64,000 nt of DNA, taken from the NCBI GenBank assembly GCA_951406725.2, contig OX597819.1:20460001-20524000 (forward strand). The letters are read 5' to 3'. This document shows positions 13,758 through 28,496 of the stretch, piece by piece. Below the pieces are notes generated by a model that had not been told where the DNA came from, made no database searches, and saw only the letters and a program-made list of their open reading frames with translations. The position numbers were made by a program, and so were the translations under genes. The stretch is from Octopus vulgaris (lineage: Eukaryota). Position 1 is the first letter of the stretch, and every line of letters begins with the position of its first letter.

Positions 13758-14282
13758 GATAACAGCATAATCTAATGTATTATAATGTAATACTGCAATA
13801 TGTACTTGAGTAAAATGCGATTTCAAATCTAATGTATCTTTCAATATTTGTAGATAAGTACTGTTATTGTTTTATTTTCTTACAGAATCTAGAAAAATAG
13901 AATTACTTTTTGTAGCAACCGACAAAATATTAGTAAATTTCAAACAGCTTCTATGTCCACAAGAGGACTCTGAATGTTTAAATGATAAACGCTTGAAAAT
14001 GACAGCATCTCTTAATTTGCTCCAGATTCGTTCATTAATGGTGCCAGTACCGTAACCAAAGTGAAATAAATCATCATTCTTTGTAAAAATTTCTATCTAA
14101 GTTACACGCCATATTCTTTTAATTTTAATATTGGCTTTTCTATTAATCGTAATTCTCGGTCGCATGATTAGATAACTTGAATGGAGATTATTGCAAAACA
14201 ATTGCTTCATGAGGTTCTGAGATTTAAAGAGCATATGTAGCGTATATTTTACATATTGCAATCTTTCAATTTGTGTGTGTAC

Positions 14283-14420
14283 ACATACATACATACATAC
14301 ATACATACATACATACATACATACACACACACATACATACATACATACATACATACATACATACATACATACATACATACATACATACATACATACATAC
14401 ATACATACATACATACATAC
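14283..14420. repeat. (CATA)n microsatellite
   Basis: Direct inspection. Confidence 0.97.
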
Positions 14421-14519
14421 TTAAGTACATACAGCGTACGTTGAGTAAAGTGTCGCAAATTATACTTTAAATTTTGCACATTTGCATTGTTTGTCTTTGA
14501 TTTTGTCCACTACATATTA

Positions 14520-15000
14520 TAGTAGGGTCAGTTGGGCACCGTCTGTAAGAAAAACAGCACCATGAGGCAATTCACTCAGCCAGAAATTAGGAAACGACAT
14601 GATGTACTGCGTGGCATTCGCACCGGAAACTCATGGTGTTTGGATTGATCACTAATGGTGGTCACGGCATACCTCCATTTATCTTCCCACACGGCCTCAG
14701 ACTGAAGGCGGAGGTCTACATTAAGAATCTGGAAGATGTAGTGCTACCCTCTATCAAGAAGATGGCTACGAGAAGACCCTACGACACGCAACAGGGTCCT
14801 GCACCATATCACACAAGCAGGATTACTCAGTCATGGTTATCAAACAATTGCTGCGGCCACATCATCCCTAACATCTGACCAGCTAACTCCCGAGACTGCA
14901 AACCACTTGATTAGCGAGAGATCAACAAAAGCCCTTGTAGCACCAAAAATGAAATGAAGGCAAGGGTTATGGCAAGGAGACCGTCAAAAAGGTACATAGA
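14520..15000 (+). mobile_element. Tc1/mariner (maT/DD37D-like) transposase relic
   Basis: MVFGLITNGGHGIPPFIFPHGLRLKAEVYIKNLEDVVLP...QQGPAPYHTSRITQSWL...*PANSRDCKPLD resembles the QQDSAP.H and WPPNSPDCNPLD motifs. Confidence 0.85.
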
Positions 15001-15049
15001 TTGGCTACGAACTTTGGCGCAAGACCTGCAATTTCAAATGAACCAATCA

Positions 15050-15972
15050 CTGTGGTAAAATAGCACATATTTTATCAAACACAAAACTATGAAAAGTAAG
15101 GGAGAGCTTGATGGCGTTCGCACTTACCAAGAGAAGACGGACGAAATGCCGCTATGCATTTTCTCTGGCGTGCTAACGATTCTTTTCTACTCTAGACAGA
15201 AGGCCCGAAATTTCAGAGGAGGGCACCAATTGATTAGATCGACCCTAGTACGCAACTGGTACTTAATTCAACGACCACAAAATGTTAAGTCGACCTCGGC
15301 AGAATTTGAAATCAGAACGTAAAGACAGACGAAATAACGCTAAGCATTTCTTCCGCCCTGCTAGCGTTTCTTATTTCTTTATTGCCCACAAGGGGCTAGA
15401 CATAGAGGGGACGAACAGAGGAAAATCAAAGGGAATAAGTCGATTACATCGACCCCAGTGCGTAACTGGTAGTTAATTTATCGACCCCGAAAGGATGAAA
15501 GGCAAAGTCGACCTCGGCGGAATTTGAACTCAGAACCTAAAGACACACGAAATATATATTTCTTTACTACCAGCAAGGGGCTGAACACAAAGGAGACAAA
15601 CATGGACAGACAAACGGATCAAGTTGATTATATCGACCCCAGTGCGTAACTGGTACTTAATTTATTGACCCCGAAAGGATGAAAGGTAAAGTCGACCTCA
15701 GCGGAATTTGAACTCAGAACCGAAAAAGAGATAAAATACCTATTTCTTTACTACCAACAAGGGGCTAAACACAGAGAGGACAAACACGGACAGACAAACG
15801 GATGAAGTCGATTATATCGACTCCAGTGCGTAACTGGTACTTAATTTATCGACCCCGAAAGGATGAAAGTCAATGTCGACCTCGACGGAATTTGAACTCA
15901 GAACGAAACCGCAGACGAAATACGGCTACGCATTTCGCTCGGCGTGCTAACGTTTCTGCCAGTTCGCGCCTT
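15050..15972 (-). mobile_element. Tandem array of Nin-domain-like tRNA SINE units
   Basis: Motif ATCGACCC..GTGCGTAACTGGTACTTAATT recurs at 15238, 15448, 15632 and 15816 (184-bp period for the last three). Minus strand reads GTTCAAATTCC...GCCTTTCATCCTTTCGGGGTCGATAAATTAAGTACCAG (Nin-like). Confidence 0.85.
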
Positions 15973-16058
15973 TGTATTGACATATATTAAAATAAAAGAA
16001 AATATACATCGTGTATAATTATCTTATATATCATATGAATATTCTTTCCTAAGCCAAT

Positions 16059-16096
<38 letters not shown>

Positions 16097-16486
16097 ACAC
16101 ACACTCTCACACACACTGAAACAGACAGACAGACATATAGGTAGATAGAGTGATAGATCTATAGATATTCATATGATTACATGCTTGCTTATATATGCAC
16201 GTGTGCACATATAACCACTTTTAGCTTTATATAAAAGCATTTATATGTATGTATGTATGTATGAATGCATGTGTGTGTGTATATATATACATATATGCAT
16301 TTATGTACAGCATAAAAGACTATTTACCTGCAGGTAGATTTAATATGCTTACAAAATTATGTGAAAGTGTTTCGTCGTAAAGAAAGGAAAATAAAATCTC
16401 AACGCACTCCCAGTCAACCATACATTAAAGTCGCAAATATCGCCGTTTCCTTCAAACACCCTCCCCACAAACACCCACACGTATAT

Positions 16487-16548
<62 letters not shown>

Positions 16549-17137
16549 CGTCTCCGTGTGAATGTATATGTACTCAATCTAAATGCACATAAGTATACAC
16601 ACAAATAGTCGAAGGCACGGAAAATCGAGCAGGCTCTGTAGCTAATTGCAACGGTTAAATGGAAAGTAACATTTGGAAATGTACTTAACCGAGATATACA
16701 GCTATGCGAACCATTAAAGTTTGCTTCATCTCTCGTCACGTCAACAGTTATAGTAACATAAATCAATAGTCCTCTCTCGCAAGCAGCCACTTCCGTATTT
16801 TGTAGATAACCAATGCTTTTTACGCTATAAACGAGGCGTTTTAAGGAGATGAATAGAACAGAACATTCCTAAAATGCAAAACACGGACAGTATTTTTCAA
16901 CAAATATATAAACAAATATTACTGGAGATAGGAATATAAATTTTATCTGCGGATACATGTACAAGCCTTTGCACATTTACAAACATACCTACATGTTCGC
17001 GCATATTGAGAGAGAGAGAGAGAGAAAAAAAAATAGCTGCCGTATAAGAGAATATTAATATGTGTATTGTATGTAGCGAACGGACATAATAATACTTATA
17101 CAAATACATCCTATAAAACATTTACACATGTTAGCAA

Positions 17138-17144
<7 letters not shown>

Positions 17145-17184
<40 letters not shown>

Positions 17185-17220
17185 GATGTACACATACATA
17201 TATATGTATATGTGTGCGTG

Positions 17221-17264
<44 letters not shown>

Positions 17265-17360
17265 TATTTATATATATATATGTATGTATATATATATATA
17301 AATTTATATATACATATATATATATATATATATACATTTACACACACATATATGCATGTT

Positions 17361-17455
<95 letters not shown>

Positions 17456-17490
17456 TTACATACGTATACACACATATTTATATATATAAA
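17145..17490. repeat. (GA)n and (TA)n microsatellites
   Basis: Direct inspection. Confidence 0.95.
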
Positions 17491-17541
17491 CATATACCCA
17501 CACATCTATTTATATGCATATAACCCACACTCACACGGTCA

Positions 17542-17581
<40 letters not shown>

Positions 17582-20389
17582 TTACACACATACACACATA
17601 CTTAGTGCGGATAGCACAACTATGCATATATAAAATCTTATAGCTATGGAAGTAATAAACACAAGAACACATAAAGCGAAACCCAAAAAATATTTAAAAA
17701 TCTAACACTACCATATGGATTATGTAGAAAAGATAAATTTCCTCATATTTCCATGCAGATCTAAGAAGACTAAACGTCCATAAATAAAAACTCTGTGTGG
17801 TTTACCCGTAAAATATATATATATATATAAAAAGGAAAAATATTAACAACTTAGCAACGTATGTGAAGGAATAACTAACAGCGTGTGATCCCCGTTGCTT
17901 ATGTAGCACATAGTGAATCTTTGTTTTTACTTTCATTTTTAATCGAGCCTGATTTACACTGGATATGAAAACACTGCGTTATATATGCATGTCATATCCA
18001 GTATTATAATTAATATGATGTTTATTTCGGTCACTTTGTTCTATTAGTCGTCCTGCTGGCTGTAGTGGATTTCTCTGTGTTTGTGAATGTGTGTGTGTAG
18101 AGAGAGAGAGAGAATAACTGATGGCACATAATATTACCAGTGAATATCAATTTCTTTTATATGGATTAGCTGCTACAGATTTGCTGATCTTGTTATGTAA
18201 CGTCAATTCAGGCAACTTTCGTTTCGTTTTTGTTTTTGTTGATTAACTCTAGAACAGTATAAGTCAACCATAACAAGGAACGAAGTCGTTCCAGCAATGA
18301 CACTCTCTATATTATTTTTTTACAACGTTCCTTACGTCGGAATACATTATATGATGTGTTCTTATTTTTAGGTTGTATGTTTAGAAATACTTGGTTCCTA
18401 ATATACTTGCAGTATGGCAAAAATATGTAGGGTTCTGTCCTGACCCCATTTAAGAATAGCTATTTGCTAGATCGAATGGAAAGCTAGAGTGAAATGATTG
18501 TGAGACTTGTCTAAGTCTAAAAATTGAAATTGCATTTTCACTTCAGCGAGGTTGATTTAACTGTTATCCACCTACGAAGCTGGCTTCAATACATATATTT
18601 TATTGAATTCTTGTTTTCCTGTCGTAAATCGGACCCCATTGAGAATATACAACTGAATTTTAATCGAACATTAGCCATACCATACCATATAAGTTTTAAA
18701 TCTCATACCCCTTGGTGGTCATCGCCAAATGTCTCCAATACTTTAGATATAGCGCGGTTGTCTTGGGAAAAATTATTTGCTTAAGTAAAAATAAAACAAT
18801 GACTAGGTTTGGTATTTATCATTGTTTAGTAAATAAACAAGGGATTCGTCTGTTCTAGGACAGGTTCTCTTAAGAAAACCCGTTATATTTTCTGACTGTT
18901 GGGGAGAGAATTAGCAGTCGCAAAATATATTAATGAATATTTATTTGTTTGATTTGTAATTTAATGTTGGATATTCCAGGATCAATACCGATATTTTTTT
19001 ACATCTGAAACATCAAATAAGAAGTTCTGTGCTTAGTAGCACAACATCATGTAGAAAATGTTTGGAATTGATTGTCAGATGAGAAGGAAAACCTTCAAGA
19101 ACTCCTATATAAATATGGTAGATCTGATAGTACTCTGGGAAGCCAATATTCAAGACTCCTTGGGAAATACAGAAAATTGAATACAATGTTTAAGAATTGT
19201 GAAAACAATGTAATGGCAAAGCAAATATGTAAATACCTTTTTATACAGATAGGAGTTATGGGATTTGATGGAACCAGGAGTATTCGATGCTCATGGATCA
19301 TAACCTAACTGCGAAAGTGAGAAAAGATGTTATCAGAAAATTGTCAGAAGCCGATGAGAAAGTGGATCATTGCATTCAAGATCATTGTTCAAGAGAGAGA
19401 ATGAGTGGTAATATAAGAATGAACATTAGTGTTGCTGGAAACTTCTAACTCAGAGTCGAAATATCTGATTCAATGTAGCTTGTGCTCTTGTGCAAAAGTT
19501 TCGTTTCTAACGTCGAGCTGTACTCCGTGGAAGATCTGGTGTAGCGATGGAAGTAACGAAACACCTGCAGAACTACTTCACTGCCTGACGATAGATCGAT
19601 CATAGTTTCAAGGAGAGAAAACTACAGAAACACTCTCAGTACACAAGTATTCACCTTACCTCCGTATAGATATATACTAACGATCAAATATTCATTTTGG
19701 AATGTCGGCGCATGACTCACACATTAATCTAACTGTTCGAAATTTTAGTGTGAATCAACACGGTAAGAAACATTATTTTCTACGACATATTTCAAGAACT
19801 CAGAGACTGATGGCCAAAGAGAGACTTACAATTCAACAGAAAATCTCCTCTGAATATTTGTGGAAAGAGTAGGCTTCGCAAATGATTCTAAACAACCAAG
19901 TGGTGATGCTAAGCTAGGAGATATATTTTAGCCACCGTTCATGAATAAAAAACAAAGCACTTAATGGTATTCTCAACAGCTTCTGCCGCCTGGGTTTTAT
20001 TGACAAGGGTTCCGTCCTCTTGTTTAAAGGAAGGAAAGCAATGCGATCCAACCCAGAGCTAAGTAGATATAAGGCAAACATCTTGACAAGAGAAGCATGA
20101 TGTGACGTGGCACAAAGGAAAGGAGAAGAACCGGAAGAGAGAAATGGCATGGAAAAATGGTAGAGGTTGGTGTGGGGGGAAGACGGGGATGACTCTAGAA
20201 AAGTAGACAAAAAGGGAGAAGACGAAAGGAAATGAAAGCAGAGTAAGATAAAGAGAAATGTGAGAAAAGCAGAAGAAAGGGCAGAAAAAGAAATCCAAGG
20301 AAAGGAATAGAAATGGTTGAACACGTGAAACGGAGAAATAAAAAAAGAAATAAAAGAAATTTAAAAACTAATAAAAATAATAAAACGAC

Positions 20390-20430
<41 letters not shown>

Positions 20431-20571
20431 TGTAGTAGTGGCGATGTTGAGGCGGCAGCGTCTTCAGTGGCGGTTTTGGTGGTGGTTAAGGTAATAGTTC
20501 AGTTGTACAAGGAGGAGGAGGAGGAAGAGGAGGAGGTAGAAGATGAAGAATTAATAGTAGTAGAAGATGCT

Positions 20572-20620
<49 letters not shown>

Positions 20621-20670
20621 AAGAAGAAGAAGAAGAAGAAGAAGAAGAAGAAGAAGAAGAAGAAGAAGAA
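20390..20670. repeat. Compound (TAG)n/(GAG)n/(GAA)n trinucleotide repeats
   Basis: Direct inspection. Confidence 0.95.
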
Positions 20671-21125
20671 ACATGGTAAAGGAATAAGACAGAAGAAACT
20701 AGAGAGTAGCCAGCAGAGGCCAGCAACAATAACAACACAAACGGTAGATGTGTTTCCAAATGGAGACATTGGCATCGGAAAATAGCTGCTATAAAGTAAA
20801 TGGGATTTAAAATCCATGAATATATTATGTAAAACAAAATCGTTTCTGAGGCAGCAAGCAATTCTTACAATCTCAACGCACATAATGTTCCTGGCGCAAT
20901 TAAAATTTCTAAATTGGTCCTCATTTTGGATATCGAAGTTAAGCTCATTTAACAATGGAGAGACCATTGTAATCAAATATTCATAATGGTTTTGTTGAGA
21001 AAGAGGAAAGAAAGAGAGGACGGATGATGCAGTAATACAGACACACTAAATAGATATCGCACAGACATACACTTAATACACGAAATAATTGCGACTTACG
21101 AACACACGCCCGCACATATTCACAC

Positions 21126-21193
<68 letters not shown>

Positions 21194-21813
21194 GTATGTA
21201 TATATTATATATATGTCAGGTTATTCGTTTGTGTGGGTGTACGAATGTAATATTAATGTTGTTAATCAATAAAAAGCGTCGATAACTACAAACATTTACA
21301 TATGCCGGATCAGTGTACACTTGGTCGAGACAAATTTATTAAACATATTAGATTTAACGAGAACTTCAATTTTCGCATTAGACGCTTATTCAAGTATCAT
21401 ATGCATACATACTTACACACACAAATACACGCACACACACGAATACACACACACAGGCAAAAAAGGCACAGACAGAGGCAGAGGTAAATAGATAGATTAA
21501 TAGGCAGGTAGATAGATAGATAGATAGATAGGTAGACAGAGATATAGCTAGATATATACTAGAGTTTATGGTAGTAGGAATGAATAGGTATATGGACGTA
21601 TTTGTAAATACACATACATATATACACACGTGTATATATACACATTCATACGCGCACACGTCCAGAACACTAGCCCTCTTTCACACGCACATACATATTT
21701 TCTTATACACACACGCACATTTGTGTTGGGAACACCTTTGTGTTGGTGGTCATCTTTACCTTGTTATCTCCCCTACTTTCCTCCTCGTGTTTGACCCTTC
21801 TGTCCGGCAACAG

Positions 21814-22014
21814 TCGCCATGATAGATCGTTAGCCACTACACACATTTTTTTCTCTCCTTGTTTCTCTCCTTGCTTTTTCTGTGTCCCTTTCTGTAGAAG
21901 AGAGTAGGCTCGAAATGTCAAATACTTTTTTCTATTCCTGAGCGTTATACTAATACATCTGTTTGTATTGTACACACCCTGTCTTCGACTTTTGATTTTT
22001 TCGTAAACTCACCC
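21814..22014 (+). mobile_element. Solo PLE pseudo-LTR with hammerhead relic (family A)
   Basis: CTGTAGA-A-GAGA-GTAG-GCTC-GAAA-TGTC at 21892-21919. Paralogues at 62000-62209 and 36190-36286. Ends in (TA)n. Confidence 0.65.
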
Positions 22015-22048
22015 TATATATATATGTATATATATTTTTATGTATTTT

Positions 22049-22144
<96 letters not shown>

Positions 22145-22153
22145 CACACACAG

Positions 22154-22200
<47 letters not shown>

Positions 22201-24616
22201 TATAAATAGATAAAGAAATAAATATGTATTCATATATATATGTATGCTTGTATGTATGTATACATGTATGTATGTATGTATGTATGTATGTATGTATGTA
22301 TGTATGTATGTATTTATGTATGTATGTATGTAATTGCTGTCTTCTCGCGCTGCCCCACCATGAAATGGCATATTTCTAGCTGTAGTGTTAGATTATCAGC
22401 TATCGTTGTTTTTTTAAACAGTGATCTTGAAGAGCTGTTGGGCCTGTTCAATGTTTGCCTCGAGCAGAGCATTTTCTATTTAAGAAAACAATGGACGTGA
22501 GAATGTTTTCAATTTACTCCATAAAAATATGATGTTTCTGCCTAAGCCTCTCTTGTTCAGTAACATCGTCGTCTTCTGCATGTGCTCACACGTATTGTCC
22601 GCCTAATCACCTGTTTCCACTTCATCCATGCATACATTTCCCCCTTTGCCAACGCTTTCCTTTGCGTTTTTGCATCCAATAATGCTTGCACCTCTTCCTC
22701 TCTCATATGGTCCAATCTGTGATGTGCAAAAACCAAGAAGAGTTTCGTGTTTTAACCATCTAGCAGACTGCTGGACTGCTTTCACTGATTTCTACTCCCT
22801 CTCTATTCGCTGCAGTAGTTTTCAGACACGTGCTACATTTATGTTTTGCGTTATAGAATTAAAATAAAATCTGAATCTTTACAGCCCAAATGTTGTTGAC
22901 AATTTGCTCATCTGAGAAAATAACTCCTCACCTTACAATCGAATCATTTCATTACCGTCAATCTGGATTTTATAGAAGACTAATATTCCAAGATCTCTTC
23001 AGAATATCCCTTGTTATATCCGAGCATTGAATCCAGGTGATAGCCTACATATATCTGTAACTTTCAAATACTTCTCTTTGTCAGCAGCTATGGTTAATTA
23101 GTCACATTCCAGACTGCTGTTGAAGACCTTCCTAAGAATATTCGTTGCTTTTTGTAACAGGAGGTATCATGACTTCTGCCATCTTGAAGTGTAATTTCCA
23201 AGCATTAATTTCTTTTCCTGGAAACCATACTCCAGGAAATTATTAGAAACTCATTCACTCACACGCTCATATACTGTTTTGACTGCAATGATCACTGCTA
23301 ATGTAAAGTGGGGTATCGAGATGGAACAACAGGTGGTTACCCAAACTTCTATATATTGCCAAAAGGATGTCAGCTAGCGAGAATAAATAACTGCACTGAA
23401 CGTGCAGTAGTAGTCTAAGATAAAGTGTTTTCGATTCTGAGGCAAATCGTCTCCCTCTGATGCAACTTCAACCAACTCCGTAGTATGCAGATGTAAACCG
23501 CATTCTCCTTTACACGTCGACGGGCCAGTCCTATATTGAATTGTATGTCAAGTGAGATGGTGAGGTATGCTTGGGTGTTGAAGAAAATCATAGACTTTGT
23601 TATGCCTAATACTAGCTCTCTTTTCCCGTGGATACATATTTCAATTGAATACAATATTTTTTTACATAAACTAGAAAAATCTAAGATGCCAAAGAAACTT
23701 AAAATTTAATAACACGATTCCGAAATCGTATTTTCCTGGACATCCAACAGTGTGGGCACACAAATCTATCCACCGGAAACACACGTGCATAGACACTCGC
23801 ATATACATATGCACAAGTACACACATTCAAGCTTATGTGTATACACATACATATATACGTGTACATCCACATATATTTACTTATAATACATTCGTACTCG
23901 CATAAGTATTTCAGCATAAAATATGAGAAAATGGAGAACAGAGTGTACTCATTAGAAAATGAATGGATATACAATGGTTATTTGATGTAAACATCTTGGC
24001 TAACTTTTAGGACGAATTTGAGGTGTATGATAATTGGATGGTGGTGAAATACCGAAACAGGAAACCCATATATTTGACATTGGAAATACACCTGAAAAAT
24101 TGCAGAATATACTACAAATATTAAAAGGTGATGCTAAGTTTTTTTGGTAACATAGGAATAAAAAAAATAATCTATTATTATATTGGTCCTATTTTAACTG
24201 TAGGTGGATGGATAAACGAGCAATGTGGTGTGGCTATATAAGCGTTAACTGCCTTACTGAAAATAGCAAACACAACTGAAAATAGATAAATCTTGGCAAA
24301 AGCTTCAGCAAAATTCCCTGGGAAAATATCCGTTTGACATTGGGTTATATATAAATAATAATCGATAATGCTTACTTAAAATGGGAGTAACTTTCCATGC
24401 ATCTCACGATTTTATAAAGGCAAACATACATACCCATATATACATGGATATTTGAGTGTGTGTGAGTGTGTGTGTATGGGTGCATGTGTGTGTGTGTATG
24501 TGTTTGGATGTATATCTATATGGATGTTTATCTATATCTATATATGTGTGTATGTATATCTATATGTATGTTTATATTCATATATATATATGTGTGTATG
24601 TAACTGTATCTATATG

Positions 24617-24675
<59 letters not shown>

Positions 24676-24793
24676 CTATTTCTTTGTCTATATGTCTGTC
24701 TGTCTGTATGGATGTATGTATGTATTTATATATGGATGTATGAATGCATGTATGTATGCGTATATATAAAGATATATGGAGAACAGAAAGAAA

Positions 24794-24832
<39 letters not shown>

Positions 24833-25035
24833 CTTTCATACCGATCTTCTTGTTCATGATCTGCAACAGCCAAGCTACATAAATTGTGTGGGTGGTGGTT
24901 TCTCTGAGAAGCCACTTTTCCTTCGATATATCGATGCTTTCTGGCTAACCTAGAAATTGAATGAAGTTCATTAAGTGTTATATTTAACACTTCACCTACG
25001 CCATATCCAATATTCAATTGCCCCATGTCTGAATT

Positions 25036-25215
25036 AAGGCAGTGCGCAGGCAGAGTCAATAACGCCTTGGGCAAAATGCTTAGCGCCATTTAATCGAACG
25101 TTTTAGGATCTTAGTTCAAAACACACAGAGGTCATCTCGCCTTCCTCCCTTTAGAGTCAATAAACGACCCTTGAAGTCTAGTACAGGGCGTCGATGGATT
25201 TGAATTGTCCCCTCA
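25036..25215 (+). mobile_element. Degraded Nin-like SINE
   Basis: AAGGCAGTGCGCAGGCAGAGTC...AAATGCTTAGCG...GTTCAAAA...GAGGTCATCTCGCCTTCCTCCCTT aligns by eye to the 15972 head. Confidence 0.6.
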
Positions 25216-27339
25216 GCACATAATTCATGGACTTAACCCCTGCAAGAGACGTGCGTCTCGCTCACTAGGCTTTTGTTATATATTGCAACTACACGTCACC
25301 GAAACAGGATAACCGGAATTATGAGCCTTAGGGGAAAATACTTAATGCTTTTAAACCTAATTATAAAGGTCATATGATAACTCTTTTCAACTTAGTAACT
25401 TAACGCTCCCGTTCGGTGTTCACCTTTATATGAGATCTATCGATGGTGTTGTCAAAGCCTAACCTATGTGCTGATAATTTGAACCTTCCTGTTTTCTTGT
25501 GTTGTTACTTATCTTTTAGCTTGATTCCATTGGACTAATTTTGGCGACATCTGCCTACATAGATAGCTAGATTCACCAAAATTTCTTTTTACTCCAAGTT
25601 ATTAGGAATTTAAAAAGATTCTCCCGGGCAGACTTATTGCAGAGGGGTGGTTCCAAATTTATATGCCCTACAATACTTGAATGGGGTGCCCTTTGCACAG
25701 TTATGCAATAACGATTGATACAAGGTCTGCTAGGAAAACATTAACTTTTGGATAAACGGTTTTTGACGATTGTGCCCTGTTAATTGTATACAGCACAGCA
25801 TAAGTCCACTACTACACGTCGGCTAATAGTTTAGAGGTGTGTAAAATCTAAAATATCAGTCAATGTAAAAGAATATCAATAAAAGATTTTAGAAACGAAG
25901 AGCTCTACTTTAAATTTATGCGATAATCTGGAATTAGGGTTCAGTGATTTAAAAATAAAACGTTATAGCAATGAGTCCTTACGCTAGATGAACAAATCAA
26001 GATATTTTTTACAATCCAACAGCATCATTTTCGGTGTATGATATAGCTTTCGAAGCCAAATTCAATTGAGAGACCCTCCATGAACATGTGTGTGTGCGTG
26101 TGTATTTGTGTGAGTGTGTATGTGTGTGTGTGTGCATTAGGAGAGCATCGAAGAATTATTGTGAAATGATCTAGAGAAAAGAGTTTTAAATACAAGACCT
26201 TATATCCATGCATATAATGTGTGTGTTGGTGTGTGTATGTATACACATACACAAGCACACAAACATACACACACACACACAGACAATGTGTTTTTTTTAC
26301 TAAAAGTTAAGTACGAGTATATGTGTAATGTTTCTCATTTATTTCTTGTCTTTAACATTATTCTTTATTGCTCATACGATTTTCCCTTTTTTTGTGTAGA
26401 AGTGAGTATTGGTGTCACCATAAAATCTAATAAACTTTCGTTGGAATTAAAAATATAATTTTTAAGGATATCTAAAGACGTTAGTAGACCAAACCGTATT
26501 CTTATACAAGAAGCAATTCCTCGTCTCTGATAGAACGGGTTGTAAAAGCCCTCGAGAACTCATGCAATATGCTAATGTAACACATTGGATGTTTCTGTAG
26601 AAGAGAAGAGCATCTGACTGAAAAGGACATAAAATTGAACACAGCATATATCATAGGCAGCAACAAAGCCACAGTCATAATCCATAACGAAAGTAGGAGA
26701 TTTTTTAATCTTACTAACATGAAACTAAATGTCTTGCATTCATATCGTACACTTCCTTTTTGTTGATTCCATGGCTAAATCTAATACTTCGGATACACAA
26801 ACAATTACTTCTCGCCGCTTGGCCATGCTACACTATGTGGAATTTTTCAAGATGTCCTTGAAAATTAGCTATATAATTTTAATTAAAAACGAATTATCCT
26901 TGTAGAATAAAGGAGCGATATGCAGGGGATATTTGTAAAAATAAGACGAAACAAAGCTGATATTAGCCATTTAATTGTTCAAAGTTTAATGACACAAATA
27001 TTGGTAGGTGCAAAATCATCTACATATTCGTTTCTGCTAAATTGAAAAAGTGCTGCAATCGTAACATGTTATCAACACTTGGTTCAGGAGATGACAGCAA
27101 ACGAAGAAAAAAAAAGATCTCATATTTTAATGGAATTAGAGGCGCAATTTTTTGTATATAAAGCCTAAGTAGAAAGATGGTTTATTTAATAAAAATATTA
27201 AACACAAAAACTACCGTATCTACAAAATATATCGGCTAAAAAGAATAGATATCGGCTAGACTGTGATATACATATATGCACATATACACACATACATACA
27301 TGCAAATACACACACACACACATATGTGTGCGTGTATAC

Positions 27340-27392
<53 letters not shown>

Positions 27393-27452
27393 GAGAGAGA
27401 CACACACACAAAGAAAGTATGAGAGATGCGTATATGTACATATGTATGTGTT

Positions 27453-27505
<53 letters not shown>

Positions 27506-28075
27506 TTATATATATAGCAGTGTATGTAAGTATATACGCACACACTAAACATTCGTTAATACGTAGAATAATGCAGTTAAGTTCAGACAATAACCACTGC
27601 ACCACATATGGTGTGTCCTATATTTAAACCACTGACCTCGGACTGTTTGCAAGAAATTGCTCCATCTTTGTGGATAATGTAATTTCAAACATCGTTCGCA
27701 CATTTCCTGTAGCTAACAAACGATAATTTTTTTCTCTACTTTTCTCTATTGATATTGACCAATACCACGGTTACCATGATCAATATATTTCGTTTTAAGC
27801 TAGCCTTGCTCTCACTAACCCGTTTAATATCCTGCTGGAATATCCTTTAATAGCTACAGCGAGTGAAGCAATATACGGTGTATCTTATTTCTTTGTTAAT
27901 ATTGTCACATAATGCTGATAGGAAATCTGCTTATTTCTCTTGTCATTACTGATGCCCATTCATTTTAACAGTATGTATATATTGCTTAAATCCCCTTCTA
28001 TTATCATAGCATTTATTTATCTATCTAGCTATCGCTTAACGCATACACACACACATATATACACACAAGCATATA

Positions 28076-28121
<46 letters not shown>

Positions 28122-28243
28122 GCTACCTATTAATACACCCATATATAAGTCTGTGCGCCTGTGTGTTTATTTGTGTATGTAGCCCTGAATGTATATATTT
28201 ATGTATGTATATATGTATATATGTATGTATGTATCTATTCATC

Positions 28244-28290
<47 letters not shown>

Positions 28291-28437
28291 GTGTGTGTGT
28301 GTGTGTGTGTATGTGTGTGTAGGCGTGTGTGTATGTTTCTAAATCTATCCATTTCATTATGTATCCATGGAAGAAAATGTGTAGCAGGCACGCCATTTTG
28401 TTTGAAACATAAATATGGAAGATATCTAATAGAACAT

Positions 28438-28496
<59 letters not shown>

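Noticed and set aside
15238-15900. Regularly spaced repeats resembling a CRISPR array
   Set aside because: Intervening sequences are also homologous, units are SINE-derived, the context is eukaryotic and there are no cas genes.
19680-19960. SFWNVG / FQEL resembling an APE endonuclease N-terminus
   Set aside because: Only two short motifs, no continuous frame; cannot be supported without a profile search.
20467-20679. Poly-V/poly-E ORF
   Set aside because: Translation of (GTA)n and (GAA)n repeats.
22330-23260. Possible decayed LINE RT C-terminus on the minus strand (EKYL-like)
   Set aside because: Similarity too weak to distinguish from chance by eye.
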